Assembly: GCA_028534125.1 (NCBI GenBank)
Contig: CM052817.1
Span: 18,974,001 to 19,038,000, forward strand
Origin: Lama glama
Lineage: Eukaryota
Length of the DNA stretch: 64,000 bases
Reading direction: 5' to 3'
The position numbers and the translations under genes were made by a program. The notes beneath the pieces are model-generated. The model was not told the DNA's origin and searched no databases. It saw nothing but the letters and a program-made list of their open reading frames with translations. Positions within the stretch are counted from its first letter, which is position 1. Each line of letters opens with the position of its first letter. Below, piece by piece: positions 1 through 13,990 of this stretch.

Positions 1-1199
1 TTCCAACATGGATATGGAGAAAAAGGTCTGTATTTTCTCTGATTTTTCTGTTTCTCTTTTCCCAAATTTGTACCCTCCTTCCAGCATTTCTTCTAATGTT
101 TCAGAATGTTGGTAGCAGACTGGGCTATGGCAGAAGACGATTAATTGAGAGGGGAAGTAGGGGTACCAAATTATTCTTGCTTGCATTTCCAAACCATGCA
201 CCTTAACACAGCATCTCCTTGGAAGAGGATACTATTTTCTGACCCCCACAAAACATGCAGTAGGTAAGGAGAGGCCCTACTAGTGGATGTAAGTTACTTA
301 TTCTCCATGAACAGTGAGAAAAGCATCTGAGAAATGTTTCTTCAACGCACAGGGGTTAGTTAGTGGAGGATTCCGATCTGTGGTCCACATCTTCCTGAAC
401 ACAGCGTTGGGCCTGTGATCCAGTATGACCCTGGAGTGGTGTTCTGTTCTCTCTGCCATATATATTGCTCCAGGAAAGACACAGGATCTGAGCTAGGCTG
501 ATTCAAGTCTTCCCGGGATTTTTAAAAATTTCAATTGGTGGACATGATCCTTTTGTGAATTCAGAGTCAGTGCTAATTATCCCTGCCTAACAGTGAACCC
601 CATCACCTCCTCAGCCCTCCATTTCAGTAAGTGAGTCCATTGCATATAGAGGGACTGGTGTATAATATTTAAAAGTATGGACGTTGGCATTTGAAAGGTC
701 TACAGTTAAATACCAGTAACACGCTGGTTATGGGATTAGTCACTTTAGGCAAGTTGTATGATTTCCCGGTTGAGGGTTTGATGTGTATGAAGATAATTTC
801 TTCATCAGAGACATGCTGAAGTTCCTGGACAACCATTAAGTGTTTGAAACATACTACCAATTTTTATTATTTATGAGTTTTATGAGGCAGTGTAAATGCA
901 TATTCAGTTGAAGGACACAATTCCTCTTTGCCCTTGTTTCTTTGAACTCTGAATCAAGATACGCATAATTGTTAATGTCATTCTGTTGTTTTCACCTTGC
1001 TGGCACAGATACATTTTTAACACCAAAATGACTGGTCAAATGTAGGCATTTAAAAAAGAACATTAATAAATTAATTACTTACCTGCCATTCTTGAAAACT
1101 ATGTCTACCCTGTTTCCTATGCCATTTACATGCATCATACTATTGTAGGCTTACCAAAAATCTATGCCTAGTGTATTTTATCGTTCCCACAGAGATACT

Positions 1200-1290
1200 A
1201 AATAAATTGCCCAAGTAAACCATACTGTGCTAGACTAAGTGCTTCAACTCAAGCTTTTTAAATCCAGAAGTTGTGTCCTCTACCACCATG
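1200..1290 (-). mobile_element. MIR SINE fragment
   Basis: 'aaataaattgcccaag...ttcaactcaagc...tccagaagttgtgtcctctaccacc' resembles the reverse MIR core. Confidence 0.5.
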
Positions 1291-2959
1291 GTCTTTTGCT
1301 TGTTATCACCAGTGTCTATATAGTGCCTGAATTAAATGCCTCTCTTCTGCATCAACCCTATTCTCTCAAATGAATTAAGTTTCTAAGTTTTGTTTAGGCA
1401 TAGTTTAATTACGACAAGAAAACTTAAACACATTCATATCATTTCCATTTATGCTTTGCTTGACATAATTAGATCTTCCTGAAGTGTGGGTAGAATTTTC
1501 TCAAGATGGATGGAACACTTATAAAGGAACTCCCAATTTAGATTTCAGCCCAAACGCAAACACTGGTTTAAATAGACATTAAATATTAGTGTTAAACATT
1601 AGAGACACACTGAGACCAGCAATAAAATCTCATAGGAAACCTAACTGTGAGTTATAATCAGATACAAGCTCTTCAAATACATAATTAAAAGTGTGATAGA
1701 TTGTGTTCTTTTGGATTAAATAGGGTGATTGCAGACAAATACATTAGTTTAGTGTGGTCATTAAAGTGATGGCATTGATATTACATTTCCTAAATTATGT
1801 TAAGTGTTATTGCATGTGTAATTACAGATATTTAAGAGAACAACAATAAGCAAATCAGTTTGCTAAAGCCAGACAGTCTTCAAAAACATAGCTACCCAAA
1901 CCTGTTTTGCTTCTTTCTTCTCTTTCAAGAGGAGATTTTTAAACTGGTGAGAACAGACAAATGTAAGTATTAAGGAATTAACATCTATGATTCATGAGGT
2001 TATAGGAAGGTCTCTGGTTTCTTAAAATTAACTCAGATTTCTTAGTCTTGAAGATGAAGCTTTCAGAAGTGACTAATGTACCAACCACATTCAGAAGACT
2101 GGCAATTAATAAATACTGCTTTATTTGTTCATTTTTTTAAACAGAGAGCGTTAACTCTTAATTTTTTTTGAAAAATGCAAGTTGGTGAAATTTGCATTTT
2201 TCCCAAGCAGAATAAATAAATAACTATTAATGTGATGGTTTATGTAGGTTAAAGAAAAAAATAATCATCACTGGGAGCCATCAAACATTCACCAAGAACA
2301 AGCAGAACTGTTTTCGTTCTTCTTTAATACAGTTTTTCAACTGGCGGCTTAGGAAATGTTTTATCACACATTAGACTCTGGCATGATGTTCTTGTCTGTT
2401 TAGCTGTATTTGCGTAACATCTGCATTATTATTTGCTTATATTTTTGCTTAAGTGAACTAATTTTTGTTTTTACTTAAATACAGTATTTAAAAAGGGAAC
2501 TTGCTGGTAAGAGGAAGTGGAAAAAAAGAATGCTAAAGTGAAAAAAAAACATGGCTTCAAAGAGAAAGAACTGCAGTCAGATATAGAGGGGAGAGTTTAA
2601 AAATGCCAGAGGCAGCTTGAGAGAAATGAGTCTGACTATCATAGGGAACCCAGCACAGGAGCTGTTGGCTAGATTAAGAACACAGATAAGTAGCAACCTG
2701 TCCTGAGATATCTGGTGAACATATAAGAGAGAGTATAGTTATCAACAGAAAAGATGGAGCAAAAATAGGAGTAAATAGGGCAGAAATCATTAGATACTAG
2801 GTTGCAAAAATAATAGAGCGAAAGTCCTCTTGAGAAAGTAGCAAGGGAACTGTTGTTCCCCATAAGAATGCTTTATAAAATTGAAATGTTCCTTTTCAGA
2901 GTTAATATTTGGGTGTGATGATTGTCAAACTATAAAGAAAGATATTAAAAGGAAGCAGT

Positions 2960-4445
2960 GTGAAGGTGGCACTCTGAGACAGACCCATTTTGCTTCTATT
3001 CTGAGGAAGACAGCTTTTTAAAATTTTTTGAGGCTTCAATCAATCCAAGGCATAGACGTTATCCTTCATTGTTCTACATGAACTTGGAACGTGGTTTAAT
3101 ATCTAGTGATGATAAGTTAATGATACCAAGGGAAAAAGAAGGCATTGTTGCCTGAGAGATGTACGCGGCTGGAGAGAAAGATGCAAGGATGAGAGCTGAC
3201 CTGATGGGGAGATTTTAGGATATAAAGCATGAAGACTAAGATCAGGGCCAACAGTTGGTCCATGTAAGGGCTTTAAGTTGTTGAACAGCCCGTGGAGCTG
3301 GGACTCGGGTGCAGCCACCAAGAAGATTAAGGAAAAGTGAGATAAAGGGGATCCAGATATGAGAGGTGGGCAATAAATGGAGGCTCAATAATTGGTACCA
3401 TGGGAAAGGTGGGGACTCAGATACTTACTTTGGGGGGCAGAATCTGGGAAATAGGTGCAATTAAGCTCAGACCACACACGTTACCTAAAGGGAGATAAAC
3501 AGATGATTGGAGAGAAATAGTCAAACAGTAGCCCCACTTCACCAGGATGCATAGGTGGTTCTAGATTGGAGGCTGCTCAAGTGCTATGTAAAAGCACAAT
3601 ATGAAAAATACTAGGTTAAAAACTTCAGTTGGAGACATAATAGTCCATCATTAGTTATCCTTCTAAGAAGTAAAGAAGCCTAGGCTTTATAGTAGGACAG
3701 TTAGAGAAATCCCTAATTAATTTTCCCAGGAATATTGGACTGATGTACGAACTTACAGTCAGGAAAGTAAAAGGAAAAGAAACCACTTGTTATTTTAGCA
3801 GAGATAATTTAATATCAGAAAGTGGCGGAATGGGTATTGGAGAAATTGCATTTCAAAAGGGGAAACCTGAGGTATCGTAGTCCTAGAGATGTTAGCAGGA
3901 AGCAGCCAAGATTCCTCAGATGTAAAATAAAGTGACCATTTTCAGGTTATTAGAAAGTAGAAGTTTGGAGAAGAGATCCTGTGGAATTTGGCACCACATC
4001 TTTGAGAAGGTGATGCTACAAAACAGGTGTTAATGTCTCAGAAACATGAACAAGAGAACTTCTAGAGCCAGAACTCAGACTGTTGAGGGGAAATTGACAG
4101 TGGCCAATGCTGGCAACCCCAAGGGGACACAGTGAGGCCAGTTTTGAGACTGCTGAAAAGAGTTTCCCATTCCAACCGGACCCAACTGCTGCTGAGTCAG
4201 TTGCTGTCATCAATGTGAAAGGCCCTTGTTGAGATGACTCAGAACTAAACAAAAAAGAAACAAGTAAATTCTTTGTCATCTTCTGACTTCCAGTTTCCTC
4301 CAGCTCTTTCTGTTGGCACACCCTAATAGTACAGCTGCTGGCAAAGAAGAAAAGTAATTTTCAGAGCGCCAGCTCCAGCTTCATACCCACATACACACAC
4401 ACCAAGGATGGATTTGGAGCTGAGAGACAAAACCTTAATAACTTA
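2960..4445 (-). mobile_element. Ancient LTR (LTR78/LTR33-like), degraded
   Basis: Right end 'gctggcaaagaagaaaag...cagctccagc...ggatttggagctgagagacaa...ttaataac' is the reverse of the 5' start typical of this LTR group; left boundary uncertain. Confidence 0.45.
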
Positions 4446-4819
4446 TATAAATGTCAACTTTGAGACACTGCACAATTGCTTTCTCGAGATCTCAATTCTC
4501 AGTCATTTCCTCTTCAAAATTTTCATAAATAACTTAAATGGTAACATGGTTGACATTCTAACTGTATTTAACTGAAATACGGAAGTTTCTTGTCATGACA
4601 GATAACAGAAAGAAGCCATAAGCATTCTCGAGGGGGTGAAATAACGTAAAGAGTTATTAATGAAGGATTAAAGAACAAATATAAAATCTAAAACTAGTCT
4701 GAAGTTGGAGGAAACTTCTGACTGTTAATTGAATGAGTCAGTAGAGTAAAATGACTGTCATGTAAGCTTATCTAATCCTACACTTCACTAATGTTTCCCT
4801 TAGTGGGATCATTATGGTA

Positions 4820-5025
4820 GCTAATATATATTGGGCATACTCTTCGTCAAGGGCTTCACAGGCACTGTTTTATTTATAACACACCCACAAGCTCTCTGAG
4901 GTAGACTTAATTAGTATTTCATTTTATCTATGAGGGAATGGAGGCTTAAAATGGATAAGTATTTGTCTAAATTTATGCAGTAAGTGGTGAAAGGATTGAA
5001 ATCTTGCTTTATTCCAAACACTTAA
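4820..5025 (-). mobile_element. MIR SINE fragment
   Basis: 'ctctgaggtagac...attttatctatgagggaatggaggctt...' reverse MIR core. Confidence 0.55.
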
Positions 5026-5042
5026 CTAGCAAGTTATAGGTC

Positions 5043-5544
5043 TGTGGACAGCATACAGCCCTCCAAATAGCTCCAAGTCTTAATTCCTAGAACCTGTGAA
5101 CATGTCACTGCACATGGCAGTAAGGATTTTGAAGATGTGATTAAGGATCTTGAGATGTGGTAATTAACTTGGAATGTGTGAGTGGACAGTATAATCACAG
5201 GGACTCTTTCAAGTGAAACAGAGAGGCAGAGAAGTCAGCATAAGGGGAAGGAGTTATGAGGACTGAAACAGGGTCAGAGTAAAGTGATGTGAAACTCAGT
5301 CAGCCATTGTTGACTTTGAAGCTGGAAGGGGCCACTGCCTAGGGAATGCAGGCAGCCTTTAGAAGCTGGAAAAGCAAGGACATAGATTTTCCCAAAGGAT
5401 CTCTAAAAGAAATGCAACCCTGCTGACTGACACATTGATTTGGGTACAGTGAAAACACATTCAAATTTCTGACCTCCAGAATTATAACATATTTGTGTTT
5501 TTTACGCCACTCAGATTGTTACAGCTGCGATAGGAAACTAAACA
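5043..5544 (+). mobile_element. MaLR solo LTR, MLT1D-like
   Basis: TG...CA ends; diagnostic 'aattcctagaacctgtgaacatgtc', 'gatgtgattaaggatcttgagatg', 'ttctgacctccaga', 'ttgttacagc..gataggaaactaaaca'. Confidence 0.85.
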
Positions 5545-5699
5545 GTATCTTTTTACTACAGGACAGATGACCATCTTGTTCTGCTCCCAATTGATGAGAC
5601 ATTATGTCCTCTAATCTGCATGTCTCTCCTAAAAAAAAAAAAATAACAAACTGATGAACACCCAAAGAGACACTAAATAAACAGTTGCTGGTTTGCTTA

Positions 5700-5950
5700 A
5701 GCAAACTGATTTTTCTCTGTAGCATTCCAGATATGATGGGAAATCTTGTCAGTTCTGATATTCAAATATATCTGGAATCTACTTCTCAGCGCTTCTCCCT
5801 AATCCATCTGACACCACCAACATTTTCCCATTGGATCATCGCAGTAGCTTCCCAGGTGTTCACCCTGAATCCTACCTTGCCCTCTCTAGCTTCTTTTCTT
5901 CTCAGTAGCTAGTTACCTTTTGAAACCAAAATCATAGACTGTGTTCAAGC
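5700..5950 (+). mobile_element. L2 LINE fragment
   Basis: 'ttcaaatatatctggaatctac...ttggatcatcgcagtagcttcc...' resembles the L2 3' region. Confidence 0.5.
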
Positions 5951-5999
5951 CACCTTTGTGTTTTCTGTGGGTGTTAATTTATATGAGGCCTATTCTTTT

Positions 6000-7440
6000 T
6001 GTAAATTTATTTGTTAAATTGTCATTTTCCTAAAATTACTGTAGTTTACATATTGATTCTTTTGAGTTCCCAGAAATTTAATCATATTAACTTCAGAGAT
6101 ACTTCATCTTTAGCTTTCAGTTCTTATGCTCTGAATGCTTGATCTTGTCTAATTGCAATGCCTAATACTTAAATAGTGGTGCAGAGACTTTGATTACTTG
6201 TCTTATCTTTTACCTTTGTGAGGAAGTCCCATATTTCCCCCCAGTAACTAAAATACTGGCTGTCAGACTAAAATTTATCTTTCAACCCAGATGCCAACTA
6301 GCATTCAATATATGTGTATGATCACATAGACCTGATCATGTTAAGAAAGTACCCATCAATTCCTCTTTATTAAGTGTTTTAAATTTGAACAGACATTGGC
6401 ATTGTGACATATCTTCTTAATGTCTATTGAGATGAAAAAGTGTAGTTTTTCTCTTTAGTTCTCTTCATATAATTATGTGATATTATTGGAGTTTCTATTA
6501 TTTAACTATCTTTGCATTCCTGCAAAAAGTTGCACTTGTTTATAATATATTATACTTTAAAAGAACTTTTGGATTCTATCTGTTAACATTTTAAGATTTT
6601 GCATTAATTTTCATTAGTAAGATTGGTCTGTAGCTTTTTTTTTACTTTAATCTTTATCAGGTTTAGATATTAAGGTTTTACTCATTTCATAAAAGAAAGT
6701 TAGAACTTTATTTTTTATGCTCTAGAAAATTTTAACTGTGACTGTTATTTTAAGTTCGTATCTAGTATCATTTTTATAGTGTTCCTAATTTCTCTTTTTT
6801 CTTTTACCATATTTGGTCACCACTTAACTCTATTCTCGTTGATTTGATGAATTATCATTTTCTAGAAAATTTTCTGTTTCATTTACTTATCCAAATTTAT
6901 GTGTAGGAATATAGCAAAAACATTTTAAAGATATCTTTTCTCTGTTTCAACATTATTATTTTTTATTTCTAAATGTTCATATTTGAATTTTTTCTTTTGT
7001 AAAGATTGGTATTCTAATGTACTGATTTTCAAAAATGGCTTTTTGAAAAAAATTATTGCTACTTTATTTCCTAGTATCAAGGTGTAGTTTTTTCTTCACT
7101 CATTTTCCTTTCGCTTCTTTTTGTTTAAATTATTTTAGTCCTTTTAATGAAGGTCTGTACTTTATTTGTTTTTATTATAATTATTAGCTACTGCTGTTAT
7201 TATCGTTTTAAAAGTTTGCAATTCTCCTTTGACCCGTGAATTGTTAAGTAGCATTTTTTTTTTCCCTTGGGTGGAGAGGTTGTTTTGTTTTCTGTTTTTC
7301 TGTTCATATTTCATTTCGTTGAAGTGTGGTGAGGAAGGGCTGTTTTAATTATTTGTCTTCTATAGAATTTATTGGAGCTAACTTTGTGACTAAGATATTT
7401 TCAAATTTCATAAATAATCATATATATTTATTACCTGCTT
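6000..7440 (-). mobile_element. Old L1M(E) ORF2 remnant, highly degraded
   Basis: T-rich antisense L1 phrases such as 'taagattggtctgtagc', 'ctttatcaggtttagatattaagg', 'tctttgcattcctg'. Confidence 0.6.
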
Positions 7441-7702
7441 TCAAGTGTCAGACTTCTAAACATGTATTTATGAATTATAAAAGGAAAATTTGAGATTCAT
7501 GTATAAATAAGACAAGCTTAAGTATTTTATTCCTCAAGTTTTGCCCATAATTCAGAGTGAAAATTTAACAGTTTTCTTAAACTTTCTGATAATTTATTTA
7601 TATATCTGTTACATGAATTTATTGAACAAGATAATCTTTTTCAATGAATTTTGAGATGTATGCAAAAATCCAAACATCCAAAGCTAACTACAGGAGATTT
7701 TT

Positions 7703-8296
7703 TTGAGATGGATCCAAAAAAATATTGCTGTGATTTATGTCAAAGAGTGTTCTGCCTATGTTCTCCTCTACGAGTTTCAGAGTATCTGTCCTTAAATTTA
7801 GGTCTTTAATCCATTCTGAGTATATTTTTGTATATGGTGTTACAGAATGTCCTAATTTCATTCTTTTACATGTAATTACCCAGTTTTCTCAGCACCACTT
7901 ATTGAAGAGACTGTCTTTTCTCTTTTGTACATTCTTGCCTCCTTTGTCATAGGTTAATTCACTGTAAGTATGTGGGCTTACTTCTGGGCTTCCTGTCCTA
8001 TTCAGTTGCTCTATATGTCTGTTTTTGTGCCAGGACCGTTGTGTTTTGATTATTGTAGCTTGTAGTATAGTCTGAAGTCAGGGAGCGTGACTCCTTCAGC
8101 TCTTCTCATCTTTTTCAAGATTGTTTTGGCTATTTGATGTCTTTTGTGTTTCCATACAAATTTAAAATTTTTTTGTTCCAATTCTGTGAAAAATGCAATT
8201 AGTAATTTGATAGGGAATGCACTGAATCTGTAGATTGCCTTGGGTAGTATGGCCATTTTAACAATATTTATTTTTCCAATCCAAGAACATGGTATA
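7703..8296 (-). mobile_element. Younger L1 ORF2 internal fragment (~600 bp)
   Basis: ORF 8050-8256 [18 protein letters not shown]...LPDFRLYYK is L1 ORF2 sequence C-terminal to the RT. Confidence 0.9.
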
Positions 8297-9749
8297 GAAG
8301 ATAACTTTTTAGATGTTTATTGTTTATACACAAGTTTGTGTTTGTTTCATTTATAATATTGTGTGCCAGGTTCATGGCCTACCTGGTTTGTTAAATTGCG
8401 CTCTTTTTTACCAAAACATATAAAATTATGTTGCAGATACCTTCTTTTAAATAATAATAAATAATGAATAATTGTATTTATTTTTATTTTTAATTTTTAA
8501 TAAAGTAGTAAATTCACAGGTTTTTAAGGATGATACTTATGAAGGCATATAATGTCTAATAACAGTCTCTTGTCCTGTCACTTATACTTCTTATTCTGTT
8601 CTCCAAAAGCAGCAACTTTAAACCTGAAGTTGTTTTATTATTTTATTTATGTATTTTAAGGCTATAGACTTCCTACTATTAAAGATGAAGACTTGTGTTT
8701 TTTAACTGTCCCACATGGGTGAGCACACAGCAGCACATACATACACAAACACACGCAGGCGCACATACATTTTTTTCTATCTTCATCTGCCGATAATGGT
8801 GAAATAGTCCATATTTTCCTTATTACCTTATTATGATTTGTCACATATTCAAGCCTTTACATGTATTATAATTTCATTTGTTTTCTGGCATCTTGTTTTT
8901 CTTTCTGTTGAGGTAATAATTGCCTTGTTTTCATCTTGTTAATTTTTTGCGTACTGTTATTAATTCTCTGTTAGATCAAATATATCACATAACATCATTT
9001 CTACTTTAATTTTCTTGGAGATATCCCAACAAAAGTAAAATGCTTCCTTGTTATAATTTGTACTTCTTTTTTTTTTAATCTAGGTCCCAGCATCTGTCCT
9101 AGAATTTCCCTTTAATGTCTTACAGTAACTTCCCTTTGCCTCTCTCTTTGCACTGAAAACTTTTTTTACCTGAATACTTTCACCTGTTTTGGTTAATTCC
9201 TTATTCATGAAGAAAAATTTTTCCTGAAACTTTCTGAGAAAGAGTTCATAGAAAGCACAAGGTTTTTGATATCTTGTGTATTTAAAAAGATTTTACTGAT
9301 TCTTCATTTTGAAAGATGTTTAAGGATGGATGTCTTTATGATTAAAGTTTTACATAGTGCAGATGAGTATTTGTATGATGCATGTATATCTGAATGTATA
9401 TATTATAAAAAATCAGTATGGAAACATGAGAAACTGATAGTTTTTGTTTCTAGGAATGAGAGAGCGATTAGGAGTACTTTTCAATGGATATTGTTTGTAC
9501 ATTTAAATTTTGAGTTATGTTAGCACATTTCTTTTTTTTTAAATGTAAATAGTAGGCCTTATTAACTTAATAAGTTAATATTTTTGTGTATTATAAGGTG
9601 TTTACAAGTCTGGGTTTTAGTACCACAATCCTCCATGAGCTTAGTTATATATATATTTGCAGGCCTAAATATATATAGCTATAAAGCATTTGAGCCCTTG
9701 TCTTCCTTAAATTCCTAGAACAATTCCTTACTGTTAAGATACTTAACCT

Positions 9750-10148
9750 AGGGGGTGATGTCAGCAAAATGGCTGGGAAGCCCGGGACCCCCACCCCCCA
9801 TGGAGATACAGACTCAAGAACAACATAAAGACAAGCTCCCTTCATGGGAAAGCCAGAAACCAGTTGAGAGGTTCCTTCACTCCCAAGTGAGGGTGGAATC
9901 TGCTTCACTGGGTTGGGTAGCAAGAGTCCTGGCACTCACTCACCATGTTCCCTTTCCCTGGCCCAAGGCTGGGTGAGCAGGAGGAAACTCCCAGCTCCCT
10001 GTTCCTTGCTGGGGAGGGGATAGCAAAGACTGAAACATATATAAAATGTGCAGACTTTCCAGGGGCTGCCTGAGAAATGGGTTTCTGTCTTGCCAGAATC
10101 TCAGCATTGACAGGAATGGGTACTACAGTGGGGCTTACCGAGAACAAA
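9750..10148 (+). mobile_element. L1M 5' end (5'UTR), L1M3/L1MA9-type
   Basis: 'gggggtgatgtcagcaaaatggc...gaagcccgggaccc...ccagaaaccagttgagagg...gggaggaaactcccagctccc' resembles an L1M 5' terminus. Confidence 0.65.
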
Positions 10149-10545
10149 CAAATGGTGGATGAGTGATTAGAGAAAATGTGGTATATACATACAATGGATA
10201 TTCTTTAGGCTTAAAATGAAGAAATCCTGCCATAAGCTACAACATATGGGAAACTGGAGGACATTATGCTAAGTAAATTAAGCCAGTCACAGAGAGATTC
10301 GATTCCACTTGTATGAAATATCTAAAGTAGTCAGAATCATAGAAGCAGAAAGTAGAATGGCGGCTTCCAGGGGCTGGAGCGATGGTAAAATGGGGACTCA
10401 ATCTTCAGTGTGTATAGAGTTTCAGTCATACAAGATAAAAATGTTTGAGATCTGCTGTACAATAATGTGCATAGAGTTAAAAATACTGTACTTTGCACTT
10501 AAGAGGGTAGATTTTATGTTATTTTTTAACCATAATAATAGTTTT
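10149..10545 (+). mobile_element. L1MA9/L1MA10-like 3' end
   Basis: 'gaaaatgtggtatatacatacaatgga...ctggaggacattatgctaagt...atctaaagtagtcagaatcatagaagcagaaagtagaatgg...aagagggtagatt'. Confidence 0.85.
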
Positions 10546-11520
10546 TAAAAACCTGGAAAGTTTTGTTCGCCAAAAGACAGTTACAAGAATGAAATGATAA
10601 GCATAAACTAGGAGAAAGCATTAGTATATCATATGTCTGATAAAGGACTTTTATTCAGAAAACTTAAAGAGCTAATGGTATGAAAACAAACTTCCCCCAA
10701 ATTTTGAAAACTGGCAAAGAATCTGAACAAATGTTTCCTCCCCCAAAGAAGCTATACAAATGGAAAATAAGCACATTAAAAGATGCTCAACTTCCTTACT
10801 CATCAGGGATATACAAACTGAAATCATAATTAGATACCAATATATACCCACTCAATGGCTAAAATAAAATAAAAAGAAATGTGAAAATACCAAGCAATGG
10901 TGAAGATGCAGAGTGCCCGGAGTTCTCACTTATTACTGGTGGAGATGTAAAATGGCCTGGGCTCTTTGGAAGACAGTTTGGAAGTTTCTTACAGAGATAA
11001 ACATATAAGTACTATATGACTCATTAATCTCACACCTATGTATTTACCTAAGAGAAATGAAAATACATGTTCACACAAAACCCTGCACATAAATGTTTAT
11101 AGCAAGTCAATTCATAATTGCACCACACTGGAAATAATCCAGATATACTTCACTTGTGAGTCAATAAACCATAGTACATCCATTCAATGGAAGACTAGTC
11201 AACACAAAAAGCCTTGAACTGTCGATGCACAATTGATTTTGTTGGATGACAGATGCCACACCCCAAAGGCTGCATATTCTTTGATACCATTTAAATGACA
11301 TTATAGAAAAGACAAAATTATAGTGTTTGCCAGGGAGGAACTAGTTACAAGAAGGCAGCATGGGGAAATGTTGTAGGGTGATCAAACCATTCTGTATCTC
11401 ATTTGAGGTAATGATTATGAGGCCGTGCCGTGCATTTGTCAAATTCCATAGAACTATACGTCAAAAGAGTAAATTTTAGTGAATATAAATTACATATAAA
11501 TTTTGAAAGTTAAAAAATAA
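10546..11520 (+). mobile_element. Older L1M (L1MD/ME-like) ORF2 end and 3'UTR
   Basis: 'aaaagatgctcaac', 'atttacctaagagaaatgaaaatacatgttcacacaaaa', 'catttgtcaaattccatagaac'. Confidence 0.8.
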
Positions 11521-12077
11521 CATAGTATATAATAAGTGGAACTTTTCTAGATTTTTTTTTTCCCTTCAAATCCTCAATTCAACCTCCACTCCTCCATACC
11601 AGCAGACACTATATGGAAATATATGACTGTCAATTTTGGTTTTTCAATTCCGGTAGCCTTTTTATATGTTTCATTTTCTGCTTTTCATGAGTGAATCTCT
11701 TTTTTTAAGTTGATCAATAACTTTTTATGGATTGTTTCATGTGTCATCTCAGCCAGCCTCTCCCACCTTTAGGTCAGGCAGTATGCCTGTCCTGTACGTT
11801 TCCATGCATGTTGCATGCATCTCTCTTGTACCGTTCACTTTACCAAATTATAGTTGTTTACTTTAGGGAACGTTCACCATATTAAGCCAATCATTTATTG
11901 CCAGCACCTTACTTAGTGTTTAGAAGAGAAAAGACATTTGAGAGGAAGATTTTGAATGACCAATAATGAATAATGAATTCTATTATTTAGCTTTGGATAC
12001 TTAACAAAAAAAAAAACAACTTTTTTTGCCATCTTTGTCTAAGAAAAAATAAATAGTATTTTTTTCTTCAATAAAAA

Positions 12078-12080
<3 letters not shown>

Positions 12081-12122
<42 letters not shown>
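12081..12122. repeat. (TA)n microsatellite
   Basis: Pure TA run. Confidence 0.95.
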
Positions 12123-12126
<4 letters not shown>

Positions 12127-13582
12127 CTATAGTATAAACACTTTATATGTGAATACTTTCCAACTCTCAGTTCTAGGGTTTACCCCCTCTGAAACACATG
12201 TTTTCCTATTTTTTTCTCTGAGGCAGAGATCAGGAGAGTGCATTATCTATTCTGAGATAAATAGATTATTTCTGTGGCTTGGAAATTTCTAATTCAGAGA
12301 TACACTTCTAAATCCAATCTAAACTTTAATTCAGTGAAATGCTTTAGAGTTTTTCTGGATTTTTACCACACAATAAGGCTAGCACACAAATAACTACTTC
12401 TGCAACTTTAAATTACTTTATATATTTATTGAGAAACTTGGCAGGGTTCATAGATAAATTTTCAATCTTCATTTTGTGTATATCTGACAATGCTCCCAGA
12501 CTACAGAATTTCAGCAAAAGATACTGGGTCGCCACATATCTTTGTTGGAAGTTATGTTGCTCTACTTTTTAAGACATTCATCCTGGGTAACTTATTATAA
12601 TCCAGGGTCAAAGTTGCAAAGACAGTAGAATTTCTGTTCCAACTTGATTGCAAGTTAACAGGATAGGCAGACTGAAACCTGATGGTCAACAATTGTCACT
12701 TTATCATATCCATATTTCGTTACCTGATAGCAACAGAATTGATAAGCTGATTTGTTTATTTGATATTCTAGTGTTATCTTAGAATTAAAAAAAACATTTT
12801 TAAGTAGCATCTTCTAATACAGATGTGTGTGTTTGTGTGTGTGTGCGCACTCAAGTATCATGGACGGAGGAGGTACATGCATAGAGTATGTCACAAGACA
12901 TTAGACTTTTTAACTTCAGTGAACATGCAAGAAAAAAAAGACTGTTTTACTCCCAGAAAGCATTAGTTGAAAAGAGTCTAGAGTGCTAAACATAGTAGAG
13001 AGAGATCTAGAACTCAATTAATATAGTTAAATTTTAATGGTAATGCATTCTTTAATTTAGATTTCGGAAAGAGTATTTATACTATCTTCCGTGTGTTCAT
13101 TTGTGCCATTTTTATGTTTAACCTCCAAATAGGGAATATATTTACCAATTTTACCTCTGAACACTTTCACATTTGTGCTTAATTGGAAACAGACAAAAAG
13201 AGAGAAATGTTAAATTGAGTAGAAACATTTTTTTTAATGGCATGTATCAAACATGTGTAGGGGTCACCTCCTAGCATTGTGGAGTACTGGGCATTTTGAA
13301 CACTGAATGTAGTCTGCATAAGAATTAATAAATGAAATAGGAAACAGGAAGCCAGCACAGACCCTCCGACGTCAAGGCTCCAAGTTGCTACTAGTATTTT
13401 AATATTATTACTCAAACAACAACAACAACAAAGCTAATAATTCTGAATGTGTAATAAGTGCTGTGTGAATTTGTTTCTGTTAATATTTTGACATCTCAAT
13501 TTGTTTAAGTAGCATCCACAGAGATAGAAAAAAATGTGTCCTCATTAGTACCCTAACTTCTCATCCTTTATCTTTCCCTTGT

Positions 13583-13990
13583 ATCAATTAGGATGCTTCT
13601 GGCAAGTAGTGTACCACCTGAGAAAGTGGAGGGTTAATTCGATGTTTGGCATCTCAGTTATTTTATGTTCTACATATTTTCTGAAATTCTCTTGACCTTC
13701 CTTATATTCAGAAAGTGGCAAGTGCAGAACCAAAACCCACATCTTTCTGAACAACATCAAAAGACCAGAAGGAAGGGAATAAAGACGTATGTTCCTCTTG
13801 AGTCTTTTTTTATCAAGAGAATTATTTCCCCAAATCTTCACTCAGTTTCCAGGGAACTCCTGCACCTTCTGCTTTTATCGCATTGGCTTGAACTAGTTCA
13901 CATACCCATCCTTAGATTAAATGCTAAAACACTGAATGGCATTTCAGATTGGTCAATTGTAGTTTATTACCTAAAGTGGGCAGAGTCAAA
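13583..13990. mobile_element. Old MaLR LTR (MLT1J-O group), degraded
   Basis: 'tcaattaggatgcttctggcaagtag' and 'cattggcttgaactagttcacatacccatcctta' resemble old MLT1 LTRs. Confidence 0.45.
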
